Assembly: GCA_014913405.1 (NCBI GenBank)
Contig: GCA_014913405.1_3931.1
DNA: 64,000 bases
From: a phage
Strand: one strand, 5' to 3'
A model generated the notes under the pieces. That model was not told the DNA's origin. It did not search any database and saw only the letters and a program-made list of their open reading frames with translations. Of the stretch, positions 1-8,588 are shown piece by piece (position 1 is the first letter of the stretch; each line of letters begins with the position of its first letter). Position numbers and translations under genes: made by a program.

Positions 1-951
1 AAGGCAACTTCTACACCAGCTACGAAGACTTTGAAACAAGTTGCTAAGACTTTTAAAAAGAAAGCTGACAAACCAGTTGAAAAGGCCGTTAAAGACGCTG
101 TACAGAAAGCCCCAGTAAATAAACTGCATGAAGCTATGCAGAAAGATGACAAGATTGAGTACATGATTACTGGTGACTCTGTAATTATGACTTACGGTTC
201 AGAATCTGAAATTGTTGAGTCTACTCATCCGAACTATCAAGAGATTGTAGTTCATGTTGTGAAAGGTGAGTTCAAGAAAGCATTTGAACTGATGAACATT
301 CGTAAGTCTATCGAAAACTTCACTCAGGGTGCTATCACAATCAAAGGTGACAAGCTCTTCTACGGTGCTGTTGAGATGCGTTCTACTCTGGTTGACCGTA
401 TTCTTCACATGATGAAAACTGGTGATAAAGGTTTTGAACGACTTGTAATGTTCTTCGAAAAACTGATGGAAAACCCATCTAAAGATTCTGTAGAACAACT
501 TTGGGGATTTGTATCTCACCTTGATGTTGAAATTGATGAAGAAGGTTACATCATTGGTTGGAAGAAAGTCTCTACTCGTGAAGGCAAGCTGGTTGACTCT
601 CACACCTACAAAGTGCCTAATGATTTGGGTAACATTGTAGAGATGCCACGTTGGATGGTTGATAACAACCGTAACGTAACTTGCTCTCAAGGTCTTCATG
701 TTGGCGCTTGGGATTATGTTCGTTGCTTCTCAGGTGATACCATCCTGAAGGTACGTGTCCATCCACGAGATGTTGTATCCGTACCAACTGATTACAACGA
801 TATGAAGATGCGTTCCTCTCGTTATGAAGTTGCAGCAATCGTTGATAATCAACGTAAAGTGCTGAAAGCATGGGATGGTAAGACTGAAGCTTTGCATGTC
901 ATCGTTGGCACTGCTGGTGAACTTATCTCTCAACGTAAACGTGAAATCTAA
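1..951 (+). CDS. rIIB: rIIB-like protein, 5' end probably outside window (track start at 31 is a TTG; frame is open to position 1)
   Basis: Motifs recalled from T4 rIIB: ENPSK, TCSQGLHV, VHPRDVVSVPTDYNDMKMR; size about 310 aa. Confidence 0.7.
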   Translation, partial: KATSTPATKTLKQVAKTFKKKADKPVEKAVKDAVQKAPVNKLHEAMQKDDKIEYMITGDSVIMTYGSESEIVESTHPNYQEIVVHVVKGEFKKAFELMNIRKSIENFTQGAITIKGDKLFYGAVEMRSTLVDRILHMMKTGDKGFERLVMFFEKLMENPSKDSVEQLWGFVSHLDVEIDEEGYIIGWKKVSTREGKLVDSHTYKVPNDLGNIVEMPRWMVDNNRNVTCSQGLHVGAWDYVRCFSGDTILKVRVHPRDVVSVPTDYNDMKMRSSRYEVAAIVDNQRKVLKAWDGKTEALHVIVGTAGELISQRKREI

Positions 952-965
952 TAAGTAATTTCTTA

Positions 966-990
966 AAAGGCTGCTTCGGCGGCCTTTTTT
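966..990 (+). terminator. Rho-independent terminator after rIIB
   Basis: GGCTGC-TTCG-GCGGCC hairpin followed by T6. Confidence 0.7.
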
Positions 991-992
991 AT

Positions 993-1020
993 TTGTATTT
1001 TGTGCAGAGTGCTGTATAAT
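993..1020 (+). promoter_or_regulatory. Sigma70-like promoter with extended -10 (TGtTATAAT)
   Basis: TATAAT at 1015-1020 with TG at 1012-1013; weak -35 TTGTAT. Confidence 0.45.
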
Positions 1021-1051
1021 TGTTGTCACGATAAACTAAACAGGAGAACCA

Positions 1052-1600
1052 ATGAAGAAATTGATTCTAGGCTTGTGCTTAATGTTTACAGCACACTTAT
1101 CTTATGCAGTTGACTGCCCAGAGCTATCAATTAGCCAAAAAGTTAACATGTTAAAAGCTTACCAGTATGGTGAGAATAATATGGGGAAAGGCTGGGGTAT
1201 TACTCTAGCAGCTATAGCCTTACAAGAGTCAGAGTTAGGTCTGAAGGTAGAGAATAAAAAGACCCACGACTATGGTATTTTCCAGAATCACTTGAAGACT
1301 GTTGTAAAGCGTAACAAAATTAGTCCTAATGTGGCTAAAAAGAAACTCTTAAAAGATTTTGACTATGCAGCAAAAGAGACACATAAAGAGCTTGAGTTTT
1401 GGACTAAGGTACATGGTCACCCGAAGTCAAAGAAGACTTTACAAAAAGTTTTAGCATCATATAATGCTGGGTATTCGTACAAAATCCCTAAAGCTAAGAA
1501 ATACTCTCAAGATGTCTATAACAATATGAAAGTTATCGCTCAATGTGAATTTGCAACAAACATTTCTAAGGTAAATCATGAAAAAATTAAGAAAGTCTGA
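1052..1600 (+). CDS. Secreted lytic transglycosylase (SLT domain), candidate endolysin or virion muralytic enzyme
   Basis: N-terminal signal peptide; E-S catalytic motif (ALQESELG), YGIFQ, SYNAGY motifs. Confidence 0.55.
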   Translation: MKKLILGLCLMFTAHLSYAVDCPELSISQKVNMLKAYQYGENNMGKGWGITLAAIALQESELGLKVENKKTHDYGIFQNHLKTVVKRNKISPNVAKKKLLKDFDYAAKETHKELEFWTKVHGHPKSKKTLQKVLASYNAGYSYKIPKAKKYSQDVYNNMKVIAQCEFATNISKVNHEKIKKV

Positions 1601-2273
1601 TGAAGTCCTGTGCCATGCTTATGACTTGCATCCTCATGAGTTAGGTCTTGATTCCTGTGTATGGACTCCAGAACAGTGCAGGGATTTTGAAGACACTGCA
1701 AGAGAAGTTGTATGTTCACTTGAAGATTTTCACACATCAGAACCAATTGTGAACGTTGTGGACAAAGAGACTGGACAAGCTATAGGTGTAAGGCGTGATA
1801 GTTTAGTCATAGTCAATAAAGACCTTGTAGAAAAAGGTAACCTCATCTTAGCAGATATTGATGGTGTTCTTACAAATTTTAATCACGAAGATTGCTCAAC
1901 GGAATTGACTGATGGGTCATTCTCACAGTACACTAATCTTCTTGACTCTGTAAGAGCAAAACCAACGTATGTTTTTAGTATTATTGATGCAATTGCTAAT
2001 CATGCTGCCATTGGACTCTTGACAGCGAGAGGTGAATCTCAGAGAATACCTACTGAGATGTTTTTAAGGCATAACATAGAGCATGATTACATGCTTTTTA
2101 TGCGTGGTTTTGGAACTAACTCTATAAGTGCAGAAAGTTTAAAAGTGAGGATGATTCAGTCTTGCATTCTTCCTTATTTTAATATAGTATGCTTTATAGA
2201 AGATACAGAGAAGAATGTTCAGAAGGTAAACAGAATCCTTCCACACATTAAAACCATGTTAGTTAAACATTGA
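1578..2273 (+). CDS. Hypothetical protein with HAD-like DxDG motif (ILADIDGVLT)
   Basis: ORF with RBS; HAD motif I-like sequence, but located mid-protein. Confidence 0.35.
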   Translation: MKKLRKSDEVLCHAYDLHPHELGLDSCVWTPEQCRDFEDTAREVVCSLEDFHTSEPIVNVVDKETGQAIGVRRDSLVIVNKDLVEKGNLILADIDGVLTNFNHEDCSTELTDGSFSQYTNLLDSVRAKPTYVFSIIDAIANHAAIGLLTARGESQRIPTEMFLRHNIEHDYMLFMRGFGTNSISAESLKVRMIQSCILPYFNIVCFIEDTEKNVQKVNRILPHIKTMLVKH

Positions 2274-2749
2274 GAGAAAAACTTATGAACAATATCATTA
2301 CGGTAGCACTGGACGATACGGCAAACAAATCTGAAGTAGTTCGTAAAATGATTCAAGGTAACTTTGAAGGTAAAATTTTCCGTGCTGTTAATGTAAAAGC
2401 TGATGGCAGTATTCGTGAATACCGTGCATTGTTGAATGTTAAAAAGCACGTAAAAGGTGCTGGTTCAACGACTGCACACAAAGAAAACCTGATGACTATC
2501 TATGATATGGGTAAGGCTTCAGAGTTAGGTGCTGAAGGTATCGTTAAAGAAGGTGCTCCGTATCGCTCTTTCAATCTGGAAACTACTCTTATGCTTTCCT
2601 TTACGAGTGGTTCTAAAACAATCACTTATCTCTTTACTGATGCTGCAACGGTATCTGCTATTAAGGATAGCACTGTCAAAGCTGGCGTAGTTGCTGCTGC
2701 AAAAGCTTCTTCGATGGCTGCAAATATCCTTGCTAAAGTCCTCGGTTAA
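2270..2749 (+). CDS. Hypothetical protein
   Basis: ORF followed by strong terminator. Confidence 0.5.
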   Translation: MREKLMNNIITVALDDTANKSEVVRKMIQGNFEGKIFRAVNVKADGSIREYRALLNVKKHVKGAGSTTAHKENLMTIYDMGKASELGAEGIVKEGAPYRSFNLETTLMLSFTSGSKTITYLFTDAATVSAIKDSTVKAGVVAAAKASSMAANILAKVLG

Positions 2750-2759
2750 GGTTAAGATA

Positions 2760-2783
2760 CAGGCTCCTTCGGGAGCCTTTTTC
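2760..2783 (+). terminator. Rho-independent terminator
   Basis: GGCTCC-TTCG-GGAGCC hairpin plus T-run. Confidence 0.7.
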
Positions 2784-2801
2784 ATTTCAGGAGATTGTTA
2801 A

Positions 2802-3149
2802 ATGACATTTAAAGAGTTCTGTCAAGCTACTTTCATAATTGTTTTCTTAGTTGGGGCAGGTGTCTGGGGAGGATACTCTTACAGAGACTACCAAGTTGCT
2901 GAAGCTGAGTTAAGCAATGAGAAACTAATAAGTGTTGCTAAAGATGCTTATCAGGAAGGTTTAGCCACACTGAGCACCAATTACAAAAATGATTTGAAAG
3001 ATGTGCTTGCTAAGAATAAGCATACAAAAGAGGTACTAACATATGAAAAAACTAAGCCAGAGTTTTATAATGTTTGTGTTACTGATAATTATGTCAGGGT
3101 GTTCAACGAACAAAGTGAACAGTACATTCAAAAACTCCCAAGTAAGTGA
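2802..3149 (+). CDS. i-spanin-like protein (N-terminal TM helix, periplasmic helical region)
   Basis: TM segment FIIVFLVGAGVWGGY; overlaps downstream lipoprotein ORF in another frame. Confidence 0.4.
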   Translation: MTFKEFCQATFIIVFLVGAGVWGGYSYRDYQVAEAELSNEKLISVAKDAYQEGLATLSTNYKNDLKDVLAKNKHTKEVLTYEKTKPEFYNVCVTDNYVRVFNEQSEQYIQKLPSK

Positions 3150-3312
3150 GAGTGACAAGTACACTCAAGAAGAGTCAAGATTCACTGTCAAAGGTAATAC
3201 TGGTAGTGATGTGGCAGCAGCCCTTGAGTTTTATCGTGATGGTTTTTACCAGTGCACAATCAAAGCTAATAACCTTATTGATATGATTTTATTAGGAAAT
3301 AAACAGCAATGA
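3043..3312 (+). CDS. o-spanin-like outer-membrane lipoprotein
   Basis: Signal peptide with lipobox-like IMSGC; begins inside the 3' end of the preceding gene in +1 frame. Confidence 0.4.
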   Translation: MKKLSQSFIMFVLLIIMSGCSTNKVNSTFKNSQVSESDKYTQEESRFTVKGNTGSDVAAALEFYRDGFYQCTIKANNLIDMILLGNKQQ

Positions 3313-3578
3313 CAGAGAATGAAGATACTTTTTACGTAGAGGGTTACTTACTGTTACCACGACCAAAAGAAACTTATATGCGAATTGACTTCTTACCAAC
3401 CATTATGGATAATGTGATGTGTCATATCTTTATGCAAGGTGTCACAGCACAGCTTAAGCACGTTGGTAAAGAGTGCAAAATAAAGGTTGACACTCATCCA
3501 GAAATCAAAGAGAATCACTACACATGGTTCTTACCAGACTCTAAAGAAATCTTAGCAGTTCTCAAAACGAGGAAATGA
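3309..3578 (+). CDS. Hypothetical protein
   Basis: ORF, overlapping stop/start coupling. Confidence 0.45.
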   Translation: MTENEDTFYVEGYLLLPRPKETYMRIDFLPTIMDNVMCHIFMQGVTAQLKHVGKECKIKVDTHPEIKENHYTWFLPDSKEILAVLKTRK

Positions 3579-3889
3579 TTATGCAATTCCAGCCAACAAA
3601 TCGTGGATTTTCTTATGCAGAATTTAAAGATGCTAAAGGGGAAATTTGTACTTTACAAGAGAGTTCATCATATGAACCATGTATTTGGTTAGGTGCTAAA
3701 GAGGTCTCTGTTCAGTACCTAGATGGTGGCTGGAAAACACTTGATATCCCAGCATTAGTAGGCAAAGATTTTGTAGGTAACCAAAGAATGAAACTCAACC
3801 AAGAACAGGTGAAAGAGTTATTGCCATACCTTCAGTACTTTGCTGAAAATGGTGAATTACCAACAGAGGAACTTACAAATGCAGATTAA
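3575..3889 (+). CDS. Hypothetical protein
   Basis: ORF, translationally coupled. Confidence 0.45.
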   Translation: MIMQFQPTNRGFSYAEFKDAKGEICTLQESSSYEPCIWLGAKEVSVQYLDGGWKTLDIPALVGKDFVGNQRMKLNQEQVKELLPYLQYFAENGELPTEELTNAD

Positions 3890-4205
3890 TGGAAGAGACT
3901 TTGTAGCCGTTTACTACGAGAAAGATAAAGAAGTTGGCGTAGCACAAGTATCTTATGGTAATGGTAAGTGGTTGTATGGGACAATCGCAGTAGTCGGAAC
4001 AAGAAGTGATACAAAAACTTTTAAAGATTGTGTTGACCTTCTTGAAGAATCCATCCACAATCATTGGTGTCTGATATGGATGACTGACAACGAAGTGATA
4101 GAACGCTTCAAAAAGATTGGTATCAACATTGATAGTATTGAGCATGTTGATTTATATGAGCTAACTGAGAAGGTAAACTATGAAAGTAATACTAGCCAGA
4201 GATAA
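3840..4205 (+). CDS. Hypothetical protein
   Basis: ORF. Confidence 0.4.
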   Translation: MLKMVNYQQRNLQMQINGRDFVAVYYEKDKEVGVAQVSYGNGKWLYGTIAVVGTRSDTKTFKDCVDLLEESIHNHWCLIWMTDNEVIERFKKIGINIDSIEHVDLYELTEKVNYESNTSQR

Positions 4206-4413
4206 AAAGACACGTAAGATTGTAAGTTCAGCAGTATTCAAAGGGAGACATGAAGTCGTCCCGTTTACAGGAGAAGGTGTGTTAACTTACAAGAAGGTGA
4301 TGAAACGTGAGTGCAGTAACCATTTCCGTGACTTCTTCTCTGAACCATTAGGAGACTTTAAAAGTCGCTGTGGTAAAGGCATCATCACTCAAGAGGTAAT
4401 TATTCATGGCTGA
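4180..4413 (+). CDS. Hypothetical protein
   Basis: ORF. Confidence 0.35.
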   Translation: MKVILARDKKTRKIVSSAVFKGRHEVVPFTGEGVLTYKKVMKRECSNHFRDFFSEPLGDFKSRCGKGIITQEVIIHG

Positions 4414-4606
4414 CTTCTGCAAAGACTGTGCTATCGAAATGTTCGGACGTGATACAGGTGACTTAAAAGGTCTTATCACTGAAGATGACTTTAAAGCTGG
4501 CTATGCAATGCCAGTAATCTGTGAAGGTTGTGGATGTATCTGGGTAGACCATGAGGGGCAACGTGTAAAACCTTCAGAAGATAAAGAATCTTGGGAGAGA
4601 TGTTAA
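4406..4606 (+). CDS. Small Cys-rich (zinc-ribbon-like) protein
   Basis: CxxC...CxGC motifs. Confidence 0.4.
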   Translation: MADFCKDCAIEMFGRDTGDLKGLITEDDFKAGYAMPVICEGCGCIWVDHEGQRVKPSEDKESWERC

Positions 4607-5386
4607 ATGGGTATTGTAAAAGTTGTGAAAGGTAACTTACTAGCTGCCTTCAAAAACACAGACATTGAGTTAATTGCTCATGGTTGCAACTGCCGTAACC
4701 TCATGGGTGCTGGAATCGCTCAAAAAATTGCTAAGATTTTCCCAAAAGCTGAAGAAGCTGACCGGAAATTCCATAAAAAGTTTGGCTACAGCGCTCATGA
4801 TATCGGATACCAGATGATTGGTGAGGTGTCACATGCTCGAACGGAGTATGGTTACATTTTTAACCTATATACACAGTTGGATGTTGGGAAGTGTGCATCA
4901 TACCGATACTTAGTGGAGTCACTAGAAAAACTCCGTAAATTTTGCTGGATGCACAACATTCGTAAGATTGGTTTACCCATGATTGGTGCAGGTATCGGTG
5001 GTTTAGACGCACAAGCTGTGAAAAGCCTCATTAATAGCGTTATGTACAACGTTGATGTGTACCTATACGTCTATGATGAAGCAATGGCAACTGTAGTTAC
5101 CCCTAAGTATGCCACCTCAGCACCACAATTCTATGATGGTGTCGTGCTAAGTGACGGTAAGTCTAACCATGTTACCCTCTATCAGCTTGTTGATGGTAAG
5201 GTCGAGGCTAGTTACCCTCTGGTTAGTGAGATGGGTATGTGTAATAGTGAAATGTTCTCAATTGACCCGTTTGGTAGATACGAAGGGGTGTTCTTTGATA
5301 GCTACCCAGCAGCATACATCTACACAACAAATCAGGATGAAGTTCACTACTTGCTGTATTCTAAAAAGTTCAAATTCATAAACTAA
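4607..5386 (+). CDS. Macro-domain protein (ADP-ribose binding/hydrolase fold) with C-terminal extension
   Basis: GNLLAAF...IAHGCNCRNLMGAGIAQKI and IGLPMIGAGIGGL match macro-domain signature regions. Confidence 0.6.
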   Translation: MGIVKVVKGNLLAAFKNTDIELIAHGCNCRNLMGAGIAQKIAKIFPKAEEADRKFHKKFGYSAHDIGYQMIGEVSHARTEYGYIFNLYTQLDVGKCASYRYLVESLEKLRKFCWMHNIRKIGLPMIGAGIGGLDAQAVKSLINSVMYNVDVYLYVYDEAMATVVTPKYATSAPQFYDGVVLSDGKSNHVTLYQLVDGKVEASYPLVSEMGMCNSEMFSIDPFGRYEGVFFDSYPAAYIYTTNQDEVHYLLYSKKFKFIN

Positions 5387-5421
5387 TTAGTGCTTCACAG
5401 CACCTATAATTAATCTAAGAA

Positions 5422-5465
5422 GGCCGCCTAACCCATTGAAAAATTTAAGGTAAGGCAGCCTTTTT
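5422..5465 (+). terminator. Probable terminator after macro-domain gene
   Basis: GGCCGCC...GGCAGCC stem followed by T5. Confidence 0.4.
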
Positions 5466-5622
5466 CATTTTCAATTTGTGCAGGTAGCTGTATAGGTCTG
5501 CACAGGTGTCTCAAAAAATCTCATCGCCGGATAGAAAAATCATTTTCAAAACGTGCAGACTCCGCTCAGGTCGGGCAAGAAAAATCATTTTAGAATTGTG
5601 CAGGTAGGTTTTTATGGGGAGC

Positions 5623-5664
5623 CAGACCAACCCCTCTCCCCCTATTACTCCCCCTCTCCCCAAA
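5623..5664. repeat. C-rich direct repeat (CCCCTCTCCCC x2)
   Basis: Seen directly; unusual in AT-rich context. Confidence 0.8.
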
Positions 5665-5816
5665 AGTCAAGAGAAAAATTTGTAGCGGATTGAAAAATAA
5701 TTCTTGATTTGTGTTCTGTTTTGTGGTAGTCGTGTGCGCACGTTTCATTACAGTTTTTCCAAAAATATTTTTAAAATTTTTCTTGACTCTTTGAACGGGG
5801 TTATCTAGTATTTGCA

Positions 5817-5874
5817 TCAACGGGGAGGGAATGACCTTCCCCACTAAATAAAGTCCTAAACTGGAGATTCAAAA
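5817..5874 (+). repeat. Class A leader cassette (ACGGGGAGGGAATGACCTTCCCCACT hairpin + conserved RBS leader)
   Basis: Near-identical copies at 7376, 8239, 9463, 10940, 11267. Confidence 0.8.
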
Positions 5875-6258
5875 ATGGCATACCGTGCACCTAAATTCAT
5901 CAACAAAGACAACTTTCGCAACGCACTGGAGAAGTCACTTGATGAGAATTTTAAAGGTAACGTTATTGTTGTTCACTCATTTAATTTCAAGTATGATATC
6001 AATGGGAATAAAATCAACCATTACACGGCAACAATGCTAGATGGTACTCTTTCAAGTGAAAAAGCCATTTTACATGCACTTGCTGGACGTGGTAAAAACC
6101 TGATAAGATGCGATAAGAGACGTTATCAGGGTGGCGCATATGGTTACGATGATGCTGTTTATCATCTTGAAAATATGGGCTATCAAGTAGAAAAAGCTGG
6201 AGTGTCTCAAATAATTGGTAGTGATGGTTACGTAACTATCTTCAAAATTAACAAATAA
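5875..6258 (+). CDS. Small early-type protein, hypothetical
   Basis: Conserved leader with AGGAG-like SD before ATG. Confidence 0.6.
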   Translation: MAYRAPKFINKDNFRNALEKSLDENFKGNVIVVHSFNFKYDINGNKINHYTATMLDGTLSSEKAILHALAGRGKNLIRCDKRRYQGGAYGYDDAVYHLENMGYQVEKAGVSQIIGSDGYVTIFKINK

Positions 6259-6343
6259 AGTACTTTACAGGGGGCTTATAGTTCGATAAAGTAAGCCCCA
6301 GATAAAGAGCTTTACCACTAAATCCTAAATTGGAGATTCAAAA
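6258..6343 (+). repeat. Class B leader cassette (GGGGCTTA-loop-TAAGCCCC hairpin + conserved RBS leader)
   Basis: Copies at 6637, 7706, 8502, 9773; stems conserved, loops vary. Confidence 0.8.
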
Positions 6344-6634
6344 ATGGCTACTATCAAAAACGTTGTAATCCCTGTAAAAACTCGTGATGACGCTCGCATC
6401 ATGGCGAAAAAGTTAGGCGGGAAAGTGGTTGACAACGGAAAACAATCTGCTGTAAGATGGGGTGTGAAGGCTGATAAACAGTTGAAGTTAAAAAATTCAC
6501 CAATAAATCTTTTTACATGTGTAAACACTATCGGAAAGACAAATGTATACACGAAAAAGGCATATATTAGACGCGTAGCCTTAACATCTCCAATTCGTAC
6601 AATGAGAAGTCATGCAAAGCTGAAAATTAACTGA
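6344..6634 (+). CDS. Small early-type protein, hypothetical
   Basis: Conserved leader/RBS. Confidence 0.6.
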   Translation: MATIKNVVIPVKTRDDARIMAKKLGGKVVDNGKQSAVRWGVKADKQLKLKNSPINLFTCVNTIGKTNVYTKKAYIRRVALTSPIRTMRSHAKLKIN

Positions 6635-6636
6635 TA

Positions 6637-6722
6637 AAGTACTTTACAAGGGGCTTAAAAGTTGATACCTTAAGCCCCAGATAAAGAGCTTTACCACTAA
6701 ATCCTAAACTGGAGATTCAAAA
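6637..6722 (+). repeat. Class B leader cassette
   Basis: Hairpin GGGGCTTAAAAGTTGATACCTTAAGCCCC + conserved leader. Confidence 0.8.
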
Positions 6723-7019
6723 ATGAAATTATCAAATAAAGTTCGTGAAAATCTAAGCAAATTACTCAACAAAATTGATTTCATTGAAACATCAAGAAAT
6801 AGCCATGATGTTATGGAATGGTTACACGGCAAAATAAAAGGTCGTCGTGTAGTGATTTGCTTATGGAATAGTTGCAGGGAGTATAAAAAACCTGTATTGC
6901 AAGTCAATATCTATGATGATAATCTTAAAAGTCCTGTCAAATCTAAAAGCGATTTACTAGATTCTTATGAGATAACTGTAAATGGCAAAGTGTCACGTAA
7001 AGAGGAAGCACCATGTTAA
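6723..7019 (+). CDS. Small early-type protein, hypothetical
   Basis: Conserved leader/RBS. Confidence 0.6.
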   Translation: MKLSNKVRENLSKLLNKIDFIETSRNSHDVMEWLHGKIKGRRVVICLWNSCREYKKPVLQVNIYDDNLKSPVKSKSDLLDSYEITVNGKVSRKEEAPC

Positions 7020-7345
7020 TGACTGGTATCACTGCAATCATTGCCATTTTCGCGCTCTATAAGGCATATAAAGCCTATAATCTAGCAAATAAGGCAATCA
7101 CACAACAGGTTAGTAATAGCCTTGTAATGAGCTTTCTAGAGCGGTTGAGCGATGAACAATTAAAGCGGTTAGAAATGAGCTTCAGATTCAGGGCGAGAAC
7201 TTATCAAATCAGCGACATTTTCAAAGATGATTTTCAATTAGTCGATGATTATAATTCTCTGATAAATGCTTTAAATATTAGTGACTTAAAAGACTATCAT
7301 ACTGTAATTGTTCAAGAGTTGAGCAAACGAAAACAAAACTGTTGA
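7013..7345 (+). CDS. Small protein, hypothetical (coupled to upstream gene)
   Basis: ORF overlapping upstream stop. Confidence 0.5.
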   Translation: MLMTGITAIIAIFALYKAYKAYNLANKAITQQVSNSLVMSFLERLSDEQLKRLEMSFRFRARTYQISDIFKDDFQLVDDYNSLINALNISDLKDYHTVIVQELSKRKQNC

Positions 7346-7370
7346 CACTGATTTTTAGATAGATTAAATT
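7342..7370 (+). promoter_or_regulatory. Sigma70-like promoter (TTGACA-17-TAAATT)
   Basis: Identical element repeated at 8205-8233. Confidence 0.55.
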
Positions 7371-7375
7371 ACTCA

Positions 7376-7433
7376 TCAACGGGGAGCAATAATCTCCCCC
7401 ACTAAATAAAGTCCTTAAACTAGGAGATTCAAA
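7376..7433 (+). repeat. Class A leader cassette
   Basis: Variant hairpin GGGGAGCAATAATCTCCCCC with compensatory changes. Confidence 0.8.
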
Positions 7434-7706
7434 ATGTATACTACTAACAACGGTCGCACTTTAAATGTCACTCTACGTCACTATGTCGACGGTGTGATGC
7501 ACTTTGAGGATTTACAGGCTGAGCAACATATCTTAAATTGGCAAGTCGCAGGACTCCAAAAAACTGCTACCGGATACGGCAAAAAGATTCCAACTAGTTG
7601 GAAAGTATACTATGAAGGACGTTTGCGCAGAATTTATCAGGATGTATGTGGCAATAGCACATCAAGTTACATCATAGTAAAAGGTAAAAAACTGCATTTA
7701 GTATAA
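7434..7706 (+). CDS. Small early-type protein, hypothetical
   Basis: Conserved leader/RBS. Confidence 0.6.
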   Translation: MYTTNNGRTLNVTLRHYVDGVMHFEDLQAEQHILNWQVAGLQKTATGYGKKIPTSWKVYYEGRLRRIYQDVCGNSTSSYIIVKGKKLHLV

Positions 7707-7791
7707 AGTACTTTACAGGGGGCTTATTAGTCTGTACAGTAAGCCCCAGATAAAGAGCTTTACTACTCAATCCTAAATTGGAGATTCTAAA
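7706..7791 (+). repeat. Class B leader cassette
   Basis: Hairpin + conserved leader. Confidence 0.8.
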
Positions 7792-8196
7792 ATGGCTATT
7801 AATAATCGTGAGATGTCAATCTTAAAAGCACGTTTAACCGTTAATCGAATCAATGTTATTACATCATCAGCACCGGATGAAACATTGCACAACATTATCG
7901 GAAAGATTCAAAGCGTTATCTTAGACGTTGAAAACGTAAAAAACTCATTGGCTGACGTTGCAGCAGGTATCACGCTAGACGGTGCACAATATGAAATGGC
8001 CGACATGTTAGGCAAATCTAAGGTAATGAATAAAGAGCTTGATTTAAAAATGTTTAGATTTGCCGTGAAAGTGTGGCTATCTGTTGAGTATGATGCTAAT
8101 TTTGCAATCGCTGATTTCTTTGCCACTTGGTTACAACGTAATTTGGCAAATCATGACTTTCGTGACATCTGCGACGCAATTTATGCAGAACTCTAA
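7792..8196 (+). CDS. Small early-type protein, hypothetical
   Basis: Conserved leader/RBS. Confidence 0.6.
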   Translation: MAINNREMSILKARLTVNRINVITSSAPDETLHNIIGKIQSVILDVENVKNSLADVAAGITLDGAQYEMADMLGKSKVMNKELDLKMFRFAVKVWLSVEYDANFAIADFFATWLQRNLANHDFRDICDAIYAEL

Positions 8197-8204
8197 AAAT
8201 TTTA

Positions 8205-8233
8205 TTGACACTGATTTTTAGATAGATTAAATT
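8205..8233 (+). promoter_or_regulatory. Sigma70-like promoter (TTGACA-17-TAAATT)
   Basis: Duplicate of 7342-7370 element. Confidence 0.55.
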
Positions 8234-8238
8234 ACACA

Positions 8239-8297
8239 TCAACGGGGAGGGAATGACCTTCCCCACTAAGTAAAGTCCTTAAACTAGGAGATTCAAA
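8239..8297 (+). repeat. Class A leader cassette
   Basis: Hairpin + conserved leader. Confidence 0.8.
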
Positions 8298-8495
8298 ATG
8301 GCTATTATCAACGGTTTAACCATTGAAACCACGCACATCAAAGACATTAAAGTTGGTGATGTAGTTCTTTCCCACGGCGTAGAAAAAACAGTCACTGCAA
8401 AGGATATCAAAGATGATTCTTTCATGGGTAGAACTCTCTTCGGTGATTCTTATTGCTTAGGTTATCTTGCAGTTTTAAAAGTTGTCAAAAATTAA
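8298..8495 (+). CDS. Small early-type protein, hypothetical
   Basis: Conserved leader/RBS. Confidence 0.55.
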   Translation: MAIINGLTIETTHIKDIKVGDVVLSHGVEKTVTAKDIKDDSFMGRTLFGDSYCLGYLAVLKVVKN

Positions 8496-8501
8496 CTGAT
8501 A

Positions 8502-8588
8502 AAGTACTTTACAAGGGGCTTATAGTTCGATAAAGTAAGCCCCAGATAAAGAGCTTTACCACTAAATCCTTAAACTAGGAGATTCAAA
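8502..8588 (+). repeat. Class B leader cassette
   Basis: Hairpin + conserved leader. Confidence 0.8.

Noticed and set aside
199-1029. Three minus-strand ORFs (199-699, 617-871, 730-1029) overlapping rIIB
   Set aside because: Antisense to a well-supported gene; low-complexity translations; no ribosome-binding sites.
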